Part shown: piece by piece, positions 25,194 through 37,670 of the stretch
How positions within the stretch are numbered: the stretch's first letter is position 1
Layout of the letters: every line of letters begins with the position of its first letter
Source of the DNA: Octopus bimaculoides
Taxonomy: Eukaryota
Direction of reading: 5' to 3'
Assembly (NCBI RefSeq): GCF_001194135.2
Contig: NC_068985.1
Coordinates: 67,102,494 to 67,150,147 of the forward strand
Length of the DNA: 47,654 bases
Translations under genes and position numbers: made by a program
The notes under the pieces: model-generated
Told to the model about the DNA's origin: nothing
Databases searched by the model: none
What the model saw: the letters and a program-made list of their open reading frames with translations, nothing else

Positions 25194-25988
25194 CGTAGTT
25201 TGATCAATAAGTATCCGGACTGTTGCGATAGTAACGAAGCTAAAGCATGCAGAGTAAAGCTGCTTAGAACAGATTAACCCTAACCTCTGTTCTCTTGTAC
25301 AGGTGCACCAAGTTCTAACGCCCTAGTTCACTTCTGCTGTTTACAGCAGTGCTTCCAAGGAAGGTGTGTAGCGTGTGAACATCGCATTTAACATGACAGA
25401 GAAAGTTGAGCCGAGAATCTGCATCAAATTTTTGTCAAAATCTTGGAGGTATCTGCTCTGAAGCCTAATTAAAGTTTTCAAAAATTTTTCGTCGTTCTCA
25501 ACACAATCAAGAAGATCTTGTGGAACTGAAACCCGAGTGTCTTTTTGGTCAGCTGAAAGCAGTTTTGAAACAAAGTTGGCAGACACGCGTTTCAAACACT
25601 AATCTTCAGTGATAATGGACTGAACTGAACCGTAACTAATCTGTACATGCTCTGATAACTTACCGATGGTGGTTCAAAGATTTCCCCTCATAACTGTACG
25701 CACATCTGCGATGTTTTTCTCAGTTCTACTGGTTGCGTGTCTCCCACAAATTTTCGTCCATCTTGAAAACATCAGAACTTGTATAAGGCTCATGCACTCC
25801 TCTTCATACACTTTCTGCAACTATGCGTAGGCCTCTGAGTAGATATTACCATAACAACTTTCTCTGTCATGGTTAATTTGACGATCACACGCTAGAGTTC
25901 AAGGTCAATCTTTGGCTAGCGGCTTCTCAATGCCTGTTTTAAATTCGTTACTATAGCAACGGTCCGGATACGGATTGATCAGACCTCG
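25194..25988 (-). mobile_element. Mariner-derived foldback element, complete, with TA TSD
   Basis: TIRs at both ends (CGTAGTTTGATCAATAAGTATCCGGAC / GTCCGGATACGGATTGATCAGACCTCG), TA at 25192-25193 and 25989-25990; both arms carry the transposase start (MTEK...), pointing inward. Confidence 0.87.
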
Positions 25989-26243
25989 TACAACAAAATT
26001 CTATCAAATACATGTTATGGACTCACTGTTTTGCGATGAAAGCAAAAGGACAATTAACGTAAATAACAAGCTACATATAATTCAAAATAGTTTTAAAATT
26101 CTACGCATAAACAGTATCTGAAAAACTTAGGAACGCCAATCAGACAGGAAGACTGAACCAGCCGTTCTCCAAGAGCACCGAAGGATAATTATCTTGTCTG
26201 TTTAGCTTATTGTTTTCATTTCTCTCACCATTCTCCATCCAAA

Positions 26244-29200
26244 ACGGCGACTTTTAGAATAGGTTCTATAAATGAATATGGCCTGAAGTCGTCTTTGAAG
26301 GAAGTTCGCTTGCTCAACGATCCCACGTCCCTAGCTATAGAAGTGACACCCGTCAGTGAAACCAAGATTTCCGACACACGCTTACTGGTCCCATTTTTGA
26401 CAACTTTGAGATGCCTGCATATTTTAATTGGTCTGCAGTGAGAGGCGAGGCGGCAGTGCTGTTTAGAAAAGCCTTGAGTTTGAAGGTACGGACGATCAAC
26501 TTGGACATTGTTGTGTTGACGCCTCCAGGCGAAGAAGTAGGATACCCCAAGACATATAAATAGAGGTAGTCTAGCCGTGGTATATGTGTTGAGTAGCAGT
26601 CGAGTAGCAGTTGTGTAGCGGTTGAGTAGAGATCCTCCGAAGGTGCTAGATAGCAATAGCTTAAGACATAACAGACATGGACAGTATGTTGGTGGTTCTG
26701 GATGTTAGCAATAGTGAAGTTGATGCGTTTAGACTGGTAGCTGTCCATGTGTCTCCTGGGACAAAATAGCCGCATTTCTTCAGATATCGAAAAGCCTTTC
26801 TCGGAATATCTCACATTTTACAAATAGCTGGTGACTGGAATGCCATCTTAAACGAACGCTAGGACTCTGTGGGAGAAAGTGAAAGTAGCAGTGGGACAAA
26901 AGCCCCCAAAACCTGATGTATGATAAGTCCCGCCAAGATTTCCCAAATACCTTATGTGGACATGGAGCAATCACCTAGGGTCTACAAACGGTTAGCTTGT
27001 CAGTCCACAAATTTGCCATTTGCATAGATAGAACACATAGAAATGGTTCCAGTTACTGGAAGCTTAACGCGTGATTCCTGGAGCATAAAACCTACAAAGA
27101 CCATATTAATATATTAGTTAAGCAACAATTAATAGGCACAGTAGACAACAACAGGTGGAATAGGTGGGCTCTACAGAAAGTGATTAGAGAAGAATTAATA
27201 ACTTTTAGTAAAGAAATAACAATAGAAAAATAGAATAGAGACTAGTTAGTAGCTAAATTAGATGAGGCGAGTAGAGTGGCATTGCAGTATATGTGCTAGG
27301 TACAAGAATGGCAGTAGAATTTTTTCTCAATTTTCGAAAATGGTTGAATTGTCAGAGTAAAGGCATGTACGCTAAGACACGATGGAACGAAAGCTGTTCG
27401 ATAGACCTGAGTGGAAAAAGAGTAACGCGGCAGAAACAATATATTCGGTCCTTGACGGACCGTGAGAGGCGCCTGCTACTCGAATCCAGGTGGTTGTGTG
27501 CGACTTTGTAGCAGTACTTCGCACGACTGTTCGGTGGAAGCGGAGAGTCGAAGATGGTGGTCAACTTATGTACCTACCACGACGGTTTGCTGCGGCTGTG
27601 GTTGACTGTGGTGCTGCAAAAATTTGATCACAGAAGCCAAGATATGGCAAACCCTGAGTGTTTGTACGAGTCAGGAATCACCATGTTTGAATGGACTATC
27701 CTACAGGTTTGATGCAGATATACCAGGTTTATTCACTGAGTGATTTCGCAGCTGTCTACTGGAAATTGCAACAGAACTGATGACTTCTCAACACCAACAT
27801 GGTGATTAATTCTTACCCACTCTATGAGAGTAGGAGGTCAACCTTGCTTTGATGGGGCTCTGGTAAATTTACACTAATCGAAATCTTTAGATAGGGTCGA
27901 CCATCGATACTTGGAGTCTTCTTTCAAAGCAGCCGGTGTCAGCCCAGTTGTAGCTGCTAGATCACTTTAATGTATAGTAGCATCTGCTCGGATGTCAGAG
28001 TTAATTGTCACCTATCGGAACCGTTTCAGATCATGCGTTTGGTCCGGCCCGTCATTCATGCCATCTAGTCTCCCTTCTTCATGTACTGACTCTCGAACCA
28101 TTACTGCGGAAAATATAGCTATTGAAGTGCATCCAATTGAAGCCAGGACGCAGAAGTGATGTGTCGACATATGCGGATGACGTCGCCATCATGGTGTCGA
28201 GAAACTCGGATATCGAAGTGGTTGGTAAGAAATTAGAGGAACGTAAAATGCTTACGGGAAGAAGAAAAATATTCCGGATAATTCGGTGTGTTTGGAACTA
28301 CCTGGAGAGGCAAAACCATGTCGTTCCACAACGTTGTGAGACGTAGAATGGACAGACAGACCGGTGACGTTTTGTCCAAGTCTCCATATGGATAAGAACT
28401 GGAACATGGGTATTCAGTTGGTAGGTAAATCTCACCCAACAATGAGCCAAAAAGAACCTATCCCTGAAAAGTCGGACGGAAGTGGCGAACGTGTATAACA
28501 CCTCCGTCATATAATATTATCCCCAGATAATCGCACCTTGCCCCAGTTCGTTCTTAACCAGATGAGATCTGCTCTCCTATCATTCGTCACGCGCTCCATT
28601 AACTGTCAATAACCTTTGTAAGAAAGGCTCTAGATGCCGTAGCCGTACATGGAATCATGCGCTGAGTCAGCTCATCTCGTTAACATAGTTGTAGACTCAC
28701 ACAGCCCTCTACTAATCGCTCAAGATAGCCAGTATAAATTCCACTCTGGTATTATATAGGAGACTAATGAAAGGCGAAAACGATGGCGTCGTCGTTGAAA
28801 TCCAGGGCATTGACAAGAATGAAATAACCAGTCTGTTTCGGAAAATGTTCGGTCCATGATCTATGGAAAATTTCCAGAAATCTCTGGCCTGGTAATGCTA
28901 ACGGGATCCACTGTCGGTTCGAGATAAACTCCACAAATCGGAAGTGTTATTAGAAGAACTGGTCCGATATGTGCACAAAGCAACAAAGCTCTTCTACCAG
29001 CATTCGTCCGGCATTACTGACTTGCGGCGTTTTGTCGTGCATCTTTCCTCGCATGTAGCACAAATCTGGAAATAGATTAAATCCATCGTGAAGATGACGC
29101 CACCTTCAAAGAGCGACAGCTTTCTTCTGTTTGCCATCTGTGGTGAAATAAGTTGTGGCAGACTCGACTGAAATGACTGAGGACAGACACATTCTTTTTT

Positions 29201-29410
29201 GGGCAAGGCTTCAGCAACTTTTTTCAAATTCCATTGTAAAAGAAAAGTAAAATTGGAGAGGAACGTGCTGCACTCGAGTGCATTTGTTAAAATAAGTATA
29301 AATGTAGCGAGGATGGATCGAGCATGCACCGGTAAGCTGGAGAATTCAAATGGGAGACTGGCAACCTTCAAGCTCAGGATGGCTCCTGATCTGTGGGATT
29401 CCTAAATTAT
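26244..29410 (+). mobile_element. Degraded Tx1/L1-clade LINE ORF2 (APE endonuclease, RT, C-terminus)
   Basis: TATFRIGSINEYGL...VSETK, FRLVAVH, AGDWNAIL, SKSLDRVDHRYL, STYADDVAIMV; many stops and frameshifts. Confidence 0.85.
26509..26673. mobile_element. Solo LTR (165 bp) inserted in the Tx1 endonuclease region
   Basis: TGTTGTG...CATAACA termini, 5-bp TSD GACAT (26504-26508, 26674-26678), internal TATAAATA; excising it restores INLDMDSMLVVLDV. Confidence 0.78.
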
Positions 29411-29459
29411 CCTAGGGCAGTACTGCTGCGTATTGAGGAATTCTATTCTATTTTTTTTA

Positions 29460-29850
29460 CCCGTTTCATTCATCAGAATGCGGCCGTAATGTCGCACCAC
29501 CTTAACACTGTTTTAGTTAAATGTATTGGCCCTAGTAGTTACTTTTAAAAGCCTGGAACTTATTCTATCGTTTATTTTGCTGAATCACTAGATTACAGTG
29601 ACGTAAACACAACAGTATCGGTTGTCAACTGGTGGTGGGTAGGATAAACACAAACACAATATCACACACTCTCACACACACACATATACACATGATAGGC
29701 TTATTTCAATTTCAACCAGCCAAACCCACTCACAAGGCTTTGGTCAGCCCGAGGCTAGAGTAGAAGATACTTGCCCAAGGTGTTACACAGTGGGACTGAA
29801 ACCCGAACCGTTTGGTTGGGAAACGAACTTTCTACCACACATCCACTGTT
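29460..29850 (-). mobile_element. SINE, family B (tRNA-like head)
   Basis: Minus strand GTGTGGTAGAAAG...GGTTCGGGTTTCAGTCCCAC (B-box-like)...CTTGGGCAAG...GCCTCGGGCTGACCAAAGCCTTGTGAGT; second copy at 35205-35325. Confidence 0.7.
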
Positions 29851-29894
29851 GTGCTTATGTTACTTTCTTCTTAATTGTTACTTGTTTTCCAATT

Positions 29895-29895
<1 letters not shown>

Positions 29896-29950
<55 letters not shown>

Positions 29951-30002
29951 TTACTACTACTACTACTATTACTACTGCTGCTCCTGCTGCTGCTGCCACT
30001 AG

Positions 30003-30064
<62 letters not shown>

Positions 30065-30076
30065 TTACTACTGATA

Positions 30077-30114
<38 letters not shown>

Positions 30115-30135
30115 GATGATGATAATAATAATAAT
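29896..30135. repeat. Compound trinucleotide microsatellite (TAC)n-(TGC)n-(TAC)n-(TAA)n-(GAT)n
   Basis: Directly visible repeats. Confidence 0.97.
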
Positions 30136-30269
30136 CCACTGAGAGCGCTGCCCTTGGCCTTGAGTCTCTCCATGTCCTGATTAATGATACATCTAGTGAT
30201 GATATCACTATAAAAACACTGGTAATTGCGCAAACTGATAATCGCTACCTCATATGAGTGACAATGAAA

Positions 30270-30889
30270 AATCAAAATATTGTGAATAACGGTGGTAATG
30301 AAACTGAAGCCATTGATGGTGACCATGTTGCAGGCTCAGAGATTCTGGTCCGGCTCCAGCCAGTCGGTATCCAGAAAGGGACCACCACACACAGCGTAGA
30401 TGGAGCAAGCAAATTAATGCTGTGGTCATAGAGTGTTACAACCTGAGCAACCCAGTAGAAGAAAATGGTGCTCAAATTAGGGATTAACGACAATGCATGT
30501 ATGATCATTGAGGGAAAAGGGATTATTTCAACGCACTGAACAGAGACTATGTGATCAAGCTAGAGCAATAAGAAAAAAATCGTTCCAATAGCAGCAGAGA
30601 TAACGATGAAAATACAGTTCTTGCTAATATTAGTAATCTCATAGCACAGGAAAGGAGTAGTGGCAGTTTACTTAATGCAAGACATATAGATATTCTAAAA
30701 GAAGACCATAAAACTAATGGTGACATGACAGATGAACAAAAGGAAATCTAAAACATATTAAAGACAAGACTACAGGAGAACGATAGCGACATTATGTGCA
30801 GCCTTAAAACGGTTGATCGGTGTAAATTGAGCCAAGAAACTCCAGCTAGTGTCCATTCTGTTGCTGGTGGTGATGGTGTTGGTGATGCG

Positions 30890-30890
<1 letters not shown>
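30270..30890 (+). mobile_element. R4/Dong-like LINE N-terminal remnant
   Basis: RRWSKQINAVVIECYNLSNPVEENG...RTEQRLCDQARAIRKK, typical of the N-terminal domain of these RLE elements; flanked by TAA tracts. Confidence 0.72.
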
Positions 30891-30969
<79 letters not shown>

Positions 30970-30979
30970 CCTAATTAAA

Positions 30980-31049
<70 letters not shown>

Positions 31050-31052
<3 letters not shown>

Positions 31053-31359
31053 TAAAGAGAATAGACTGTGCCAGATAATTGACTTTACAGTCCAAATGAC
31101 GAAAAAAATCAATATGGGAGGTATAGAAAAAGTACCGGGACCTAGCCATTGAATTACAGAGACTGAAAAGTGCGGATAAAATCTATCCCAGTAGTCATAG
31201 GTTCATTAAGAACTATCCATAAAAATTTGAACAGATGGATACAGAGTAATATTAGGGATAGCTAAGATACTTAGGAGGATTCTTAACGTCTAATGTTGCT
31301 TGTTGTTGCCCGATGTTAAGAATTTTTCTTTTGCAACAGTCTAATCATTTGAGTGTATA

Positions 31360-31419
<60 letters not shown>

Positions 31420-31420
31420 T
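31050..31420 (+). mobile_element. R4/Dong-like LINE 3' end (RLE domain remnant, 3' UTR, (TAA)n)
   Basis: ENRLCQIIDFTV..., KYRDLAIELQRL, IPVVIGSL, AKILRRILNV*, followed by (AAT)n. Confidence 0.75.
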
Positions 31421-31639
31421 TAATAATTCCTCTCTTGATTTTCATCTCTTCTAATACTTCATTCCCTGCTGTCAATTTCGTTCTCTAACCATCTCCACCA
31501 TTTCTTACTGCTCCATATAAGGCTTCTAATGTTTTCTGCAACTGCATGAATTAATAATAATAATAATAACAATAATAATAATAATGATAATAACAATAAA
31601 TATAATAATAATAATTATTATTATTATCATCATTATTAT

Positions 31640-32700
31640 TGTTATTGTTGTTATTATCAGTAGTCTAATTTTTATAACGTGCTTTCACTGCACCACCGAG
31701 CGCAGCTCTGTGTGCCATGAGTATATGTATTTTTTTCCATCATGCGTAATGCGCCTCCTATAATAGGAATTGTCTCTGCTTTTTGACTCCACATTCGAGC
31801 TACTTCTATTTCCATGTTTTTGTATTTGAAAGTTTCTCCGTTTCTCTCACAGAATCGTTGTCATCTGTTGGTATAAATACATCGATTAGAAAGCATTTAT
31901 TTTTCTTCATGAACTCTGACAACTATAACTGGCCTATTGACCTGAATTTCTCTATCTGTGTGTATTGGCATATCCCATAGTATGGTTGATTTCTCATTTT
32001 CTGTGACCTTTTCTGGGATGAGCCTTTACTATCTTTTTTCTGTTGTTTTTCCATAATGTTGACATGGGTTCCAGAGTATATAGATTCAAACTCTGTCATG
32101 TCTGTGAATATATTCCTTCTTAGCCAGGACTTGGCATCCAGAGACAAAATCCTTTATTCTTTCTTCTCCATCTCCACATATTCTGCAGTTACTTGTATCT
32201 GTTTTCATTACATGTATTTGGTACTTTCTGATGTTGTGCTGCAATTAAAAATCCCTCAGTCTCTGCATTGAGTCATGAGCTTCTCAGCCACTGTTGGGAT
32301 CTTGCATTGTCTATTTCTTTTCTGCATAGTTTAACCCAGTATTTCCCATGAAGTGGCTTATCTTGCCATAGTTTTATCATGGTCCGTTGCTGTTCCAGTT
32401 TTAGTTTGGATTTTAGTTGTTTTATAGCTTTTGTTGCTTCTTCTTTTTCTTCATAGTTCATAGGCACTATGACTTCTTTTCTCTATTTGTCAACTTCCTA
32501 AATGACTGAAACCAGGATTTTGTTTCGTTCGTGTTTTGTAGTGATTTTAGTAGTTTTCTTTGTTTCTGAAGTAGGTACTTCTGTAGACCTATTACTATTA
32601 TATCTCCGTATGTTAGGTAGTTTGTTAGGGTTCATTGCTGTATCCAAATTTTATCAAAGTTATTTTTCTTGCAGATTTCATATGTATGTATTTGACATGA
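31640..32700 (-). mobile_element. Internally deleted R4/Dong-like LINE (N-terminal stub joined to post-RT region and RLE)
   Basis: WQDKPLHGKYW...SQQWLRSS; KCFLIDVFIPTDDN...EKLSKYKNMEIEVARMW...TIPIIGGAL; stub 32590-32700 similar to 8690-8790; 3' end runs into an AAT tract. Confidence 0.8.
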
Positions 32701-32709
32701 ACATGTAAG

Positions 32710-32784
32710 ATTGAAATATCATCATCATCATCATTATCATCATCATCATCATCGTCGTCGTCGTCGTCATCGTCGTCGTCGTCG

Positions 32785-32839
<55 letters not shown>

Positions 32840-32855
32840 AATTATTATTATTATT
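32710..32855. repeat. (CAT)n/(CGT)n/(ATT)n microsatellite
   Basis: Directly visible repeats. Confidence 0.97.
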
Positions 32856-32989
32856 GGCCACCCTAGTTATGACCTCTTCCGAGTTCCTATTGACCTGGAA
32901 ATCTGGTCCGAATCAGAATCGGAGCACTTTCACTGGATCCTCCGTCCAGCGACACGATTTGCTTCTAGTCCACATGGACTTGCCTCTCT

Positions 32990-33550
32990 AAGAGCCTAGT
33001 TATATGAGTGTTTGAGCGATCATAGCCTAGGATTAAATCTAGGCGTCTCCGGAGACAATTTCCAAACGTTTTTGGCATGGCAGTGCTATGGCAGGTTATT
33101 TCCTGTTCGAAACAAACTATTCAGTCATGAAAGTGCCAACAGTCGAACTTGTAGATTATTGCCGATGGACGAAATCGTCCTGCATGCAATAATTCAGTGT
33201 CCGTGCATTGAAAACTGGTGGGATTGTGTGGGGCAGCTGTAGTCGCGTGTAAAAGAAATTCAGTTGTTTACCGAGTGTATAGCAAAGATCGACACTCCAC
33301 CCTCCATTAGCTGAGAAGGAAGGCATATCTTCCTCTGCTCAGTGGCTGTGGCAAAAGAGGCTGTGTGGTTGACGCGTCTGAAAGGTTTGAAGATAGGTAC
33401 TTTGCTATCTGGCAAAGCTCTCATCAATTTCTTCAAATATCATTTGAAGATGAAGGTAAGAGTAGAGAGGGAGCTGTTGTCTTCTAGGTGGTCTACAATG
33501 ACAAGACTGGGGGTGCCGAATGGACCGACTCTAGGCATGCTTTTCTAAGC
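32990..33550 (+). mobile_element. Tx1/L1-clade LINE ORF2 C-terminal fragment
   Basis: FQTFLAWQCYGRLFPVRNKL...CRLL..DEIVLHAIIQCP...AVAKEAVWLTRLKGL...KYHLKMKVRVERELLS; parallels the C-terminus at about 29000-29400. Confidence 0.8.
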
Positions 33551-33689
33551 AGGAGGAAAGAAACTGGAAGAGAGCACTTTCCAATATCTTGGGGATGGCA
33601 GAATAATCCGGGATTTTGTGTGGGGTTTTACCTTGGATTACCTTAAGTAGACAGACTCATTATTGGGACCTGAAATTTGTGGAGAGGGG

Positions 33690-33815
33690 AACTATTCAAT
33701 CACATCACACTCAGTACTCCATTGGTATTTAATTTATTGAGACCGAAATGATGAGAGGCAAGGTCAATCTCGGCAGAATTTAAACTCAGAACGTAAGGAC
33801 GGGCGAAGTGCAGCT
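33690..33815 (-). mobile_element. SINE family A fragment
   Basis: Reverse complement contains ACGTTCTGAGTTTAAATTCTGCCGAGATTGACCTTGCCTCTCATC. Confidence 0.7.
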
Positions 33816-33819
33816 AATC

Positions 33820-34557
33820 ATCTTGCCCGGTGTGAATTATCATTCCCGTTGATGTCTCCAACATTTATCTTTTTTGGCACAACACCATCTGCCCAGCAGT
33901 TGAGAATCACATATGCCATTCTAAGTTGTAGTAGGTTCATTTTCCCTGCATGTCCACCCACCACTGCATCAAGCTTCACTGTATAACGTTCCTGCTGCTC
34001 ATCCCTAACAGTCCTCTCACCATTCCCCAGTTCCTCCCGTCTACTCTTCTCCCTGCTTTCGACTACTACCTCTCTGTTTTCAACTCCGACCATCCTTTGT
34101 AGTACATCCGCAGAGTCTCTCAGACTCTTACTAATCCGTGATATTTCTACTCCAGTTAAATAACCCTTCCTCCTAATTACTTTCACTTGATTCATTAGTT
34201 TATTTTCTGACGTTGGACACATGTCCTTTTCCATCCAAAATTTCAAGGTACATCGGCCTACTCGGTGACCTCTTTCCAGCTTTGCTCTTTCATGACATTC
34301 AATAAGTGTATCATACTCTCCTACGTCCACTTAGTCTGTTTTTGCGCACACCGTGTATATGATCTGTTGTGATATAACGAACGTCCGAGGTTAGATCAAT
34401 GCCCCTGATGCGGGCGGTTTCGGACGTGCCGTGCGGTAAACCTTCAACATGATCGGCTATAGCTTCATTCTCGCCGATAATTCTTTCCTTCTTGCGTTGC
34501 ATCATGATTTCATGAGTCGTTCGTGCGGTTCCCACGTGAGTTGTTATTGAGATCGCA

Positions 34558-34560
<3 letters not shown>
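33820..34560 (-). mobile_element. R4/Dong-like LINE N-terminal remnant (divergent family)
   Basis: EYDTLIECHERAKLERGHRVGRCTLKFWMEKDMCPTSENKLMNQVKVIRRKGYL resembles the ECY...W...EQRLxxQxRxI..KxxL N-terminal motif. Confidence 0.55.
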
Positions 34561-34609
<49 letters not shown>

Positions 34610-35204
34610 TTCCTTTCTTTATTTGTATATACACCTGCACATGTATGTACATACACATATATATTTATAACGTGCTTGCATTTTGTCGCCTCCATAGCAT
34701 TACTACTACTACTACTACTACTACTAATACTACTACTAATACTACTACAACTATCATCCTCATCACTGAGTGAGCAGCCCACGCCGTCAAAATGACGCTG
34801 GGAATCTACTTGAAGCACAGTATATCTATCCTGACAACCCGTCTCATAAGAGTAGACAAGGCACATGCATCTCAACCATATGTACTCCACATAGTGAACT
34901 CATATCAAGATAAGCGGAGTAGAAATTTGCAGGTAAGGCCCAATCGAAATTTTCGTGAGGTCTTGTAGCCCAACCCACTCAAAATGTCCATGAATAAGGT
35001 TTGTTTGAGGATGATAAATGAAACGCCCATGTTTCCAGGAGCAGATTATCCAAACCCAAATTATCTTATCGATAAGTTGGAGTGGTAGCAGAATCCTAGT
35101 TTTTTTTTTATTTCTCAGTACAGGATATTGTCCCGCTCCTAGATCCCAAGGAAACTGTATCCATCATAATCCGGGTCTACCAGTGTTTTAGTATCCATCT
35201 ACCA

Positions 35205-35325
35205 TATTTACTCACAAGGCTTTGGTCAGCCCGAGGCTATAATGCAAGTTACTTACCCCAGTTACAACGCAGCTAGCCTGAACCAGAAAACATTTGGCTG
35301 GGAAGTAAAGTTCTTACCACACACG
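35205..35325 (-). mobile_element. SINE family B, 5' part
   Basis: CTCACAAGGCTTTGGTCAGCCCGAGGCTA identical to the 29728-29757 region. Confidence 0.68.
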
Positions 35326-35339
35326 AACACATAGATGTA

Positions 35340-35355
35340 TCTTTCAGTCTGTCTA

Positions 35356-35414
<59 letters not shown>

Positions 35415-35608
35415 GTATCTAGCTAGCTAGCTAGTTAGCTAGCTATATACATACATGTATGCATATATACATGCATGCATATATACATGCATGCATATAT
35501 ACATGCATAATAAATACATACATGCGGGAATGCATGCATACATACATACATACACACACACACATACATACATACATACATACATACATACGTACATACA
35601 TACATACA

Positions 35609-35641
<33 letters not shown>

Positions 35642-35660
35642 TCAAACATGCATGCTTATC
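35340..35660. repeat. (ATCT)n-(AGCT)n-(ATGC)n-(ATAC)n tetranucleotide microsatellite field
   Basis: Directly visible repeats. Confidence 0.95.
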
Positions 35661-36929
35661 CCTATGCTTACAAAAATATATCATACAAAAAAAGAATAAT
35701 TCTGTAACAAAAACTAATACAAAATGATTTTCATAGACACCAACAACCTTTCAGTCGGACAAATGGAAACTAAAATGTATATAATTGTTGATTTAATGTT
35801 TCTTCGATATTGGAAACAAAGAACTTTGTAGAAACAAAAAAGTACCGTCATTAAATATTCATTCAATTTAATTGCTAGACAAAGCGGGAGACATCTTCTA
35901 ATTGCAGGCCAAAACTACGATAAATGAGAGACTAGAGTGAATTATACAAACAGCGATTCTATCAAATCCACTTTACTGGTATTAGTTATATTTCGCTCGT
36001 TCTAATACATTTTTAAATGTGCATTACTTCTTTCTTACAGAAAATCTCGGATTATTTTACTAAAATCCATTTATTCTTAAATTTTCTATAATGATTGCAT
36101 TCCGAACAGTTATTATTCGTTGATGAACCTTAGATTGCTAGTAAAACGATCATCCTACAAATCATGGGCAACTAATGACTCAACTACTGTATAAATTGAA
36201 AATCTTGATTGCAATAATTACAAAGATATAAATCTTAACCTACTTATGATACTCATCAAAATAATTCAACTAGAATTAAACCTCGAATTAACAAAAAAGC
36301 TAAATTCTGAAATGTGGTGCCATGCTTGTTTGAGCTTATTGAAAGTAAAACAAAGAAATAGTACTTAACACAAAACAGTAAAATACATTAGAATTCATTC
36401 ATATTTTCAAAAGAGATAATAAATACAATAGCTCATAATACTGAAAATACAACGGAAGTGTCAGATTGTCTGCGCTAACATTGATTGAAGTGCAACTTAA
36501 AAGTCACTACAACCTCCCACAAGGAGAATTTAACATGACAAAAATAACTGGAAGCATATAGCCTCTTATATAAACGTTGATTCTTGGAAAGACGGTAAAA
36601 TGTTTACATCAAAAATAATCAGACACACCAAAAGCATCACTAATAAAGTCAAGAGTATATAAGTTTGTATGGAGAAAATTGATACATAACTAATTTCATG
36701 ATCCGTGATCACAGAATCATCTCCAGAAATGACAAAGTACAGCCACAGATATAAAATGCAACTGACGGTATGCATAAGGGAGAAACAGAAACATATCAAA
36801 CATTTGAATAACAGCCAAGAAAAAATATAAGAATTCGGACCAACGGGAGCAGGGACAATTTTTAAAAATAATAAACAACCAAATCACAACCAAAAGACAA
36901 CAAGCAGACCAATTCATTCATAAAGCATT

Positions 36930-37090
36930 TTTTCAGATAGGATTTTTCAGAGTTCAAATTCCGTCGAGGTCGACTTTGCCTTTCATTCTTTCGTGGTCGA
37001 TAAATTAAGTACCAGTTGCGTACTAGGGTCGATCTAATCGACTGGCCCATCCCCACCAAAATTTCGGGCCCTGTGCCTAGAGTAGAAAAG
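36930..37090 (+). mobile_element. SINE family A, 5'-truncated
   Basis: GAGTTCAAATTCCGTCGAGGTCGACTTTGCCTTTCATTCTTTCGTGGTCGATAAATTAAGTACCAGTTG core. Confidence 0.8.
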
Positions 37091-37449
37091 AATATATATG
37101 ATTCACATTTGTATTAAAAAAAAATCTCAGAGACAAGTGAGGGAAAAAAATAGCAAGGTCCATTCGTTTGACTCCCAAGAGCGAAAGGCATACACACGCG
37201 CTCGTTCATACGCACATATATATGCGCACACATCCTACAAACATACACACTTGCGCACACACACTTCAGCCAGGTCACTGTTGTTTGTCTTGGCACAGTT
37301 ATTTCCAACCACTCCCTTTGGGTCAATTCAGCTGGTGCAACCGTTAATCCAGACAGATCCTCTTTGTGTTTTTGCTCTCTCCTGTTTTTCCTTTTCATTC
37401 TATTCTTCAGAAGAGAGTAGGCTAGATAGGTCAAAGAATGAGTTGTGCT

Positions 37450-37670
37450 ACAGGCGAGCACTAAGGCCACAAAAAGAAGTAAAAGAAATCTATCCCTTAA
37501 GCAACATCAGTCGCTATTTCGGCATACCGACAAACGTTCTACTGGCTTTAAGTTCTCAGTTCAATTTTAGTACCCTTTCAGGGTCGACAAAATAAGTACC
37601 AGTTGAGAATTCGGATTGATGCAACTGACTAATCACCTCCCACCAAACTCACGTCTTTTGCCTATAGTAG
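37450..37670 (+). mobile_element. SINE family A, degraded
   Basis: CCTTTCAGGGTCGACAAAATAAGTACCAGTTG matches the family core; the rest is diverged. Confidence 0.5.

Noticed and set aside
29771-31149. Poly-Leu, poly-Thr, poly-Tyr and poly-Ile ORFs
   Set aside because: Trinucleotide microsatellites without stop codons in some frames.
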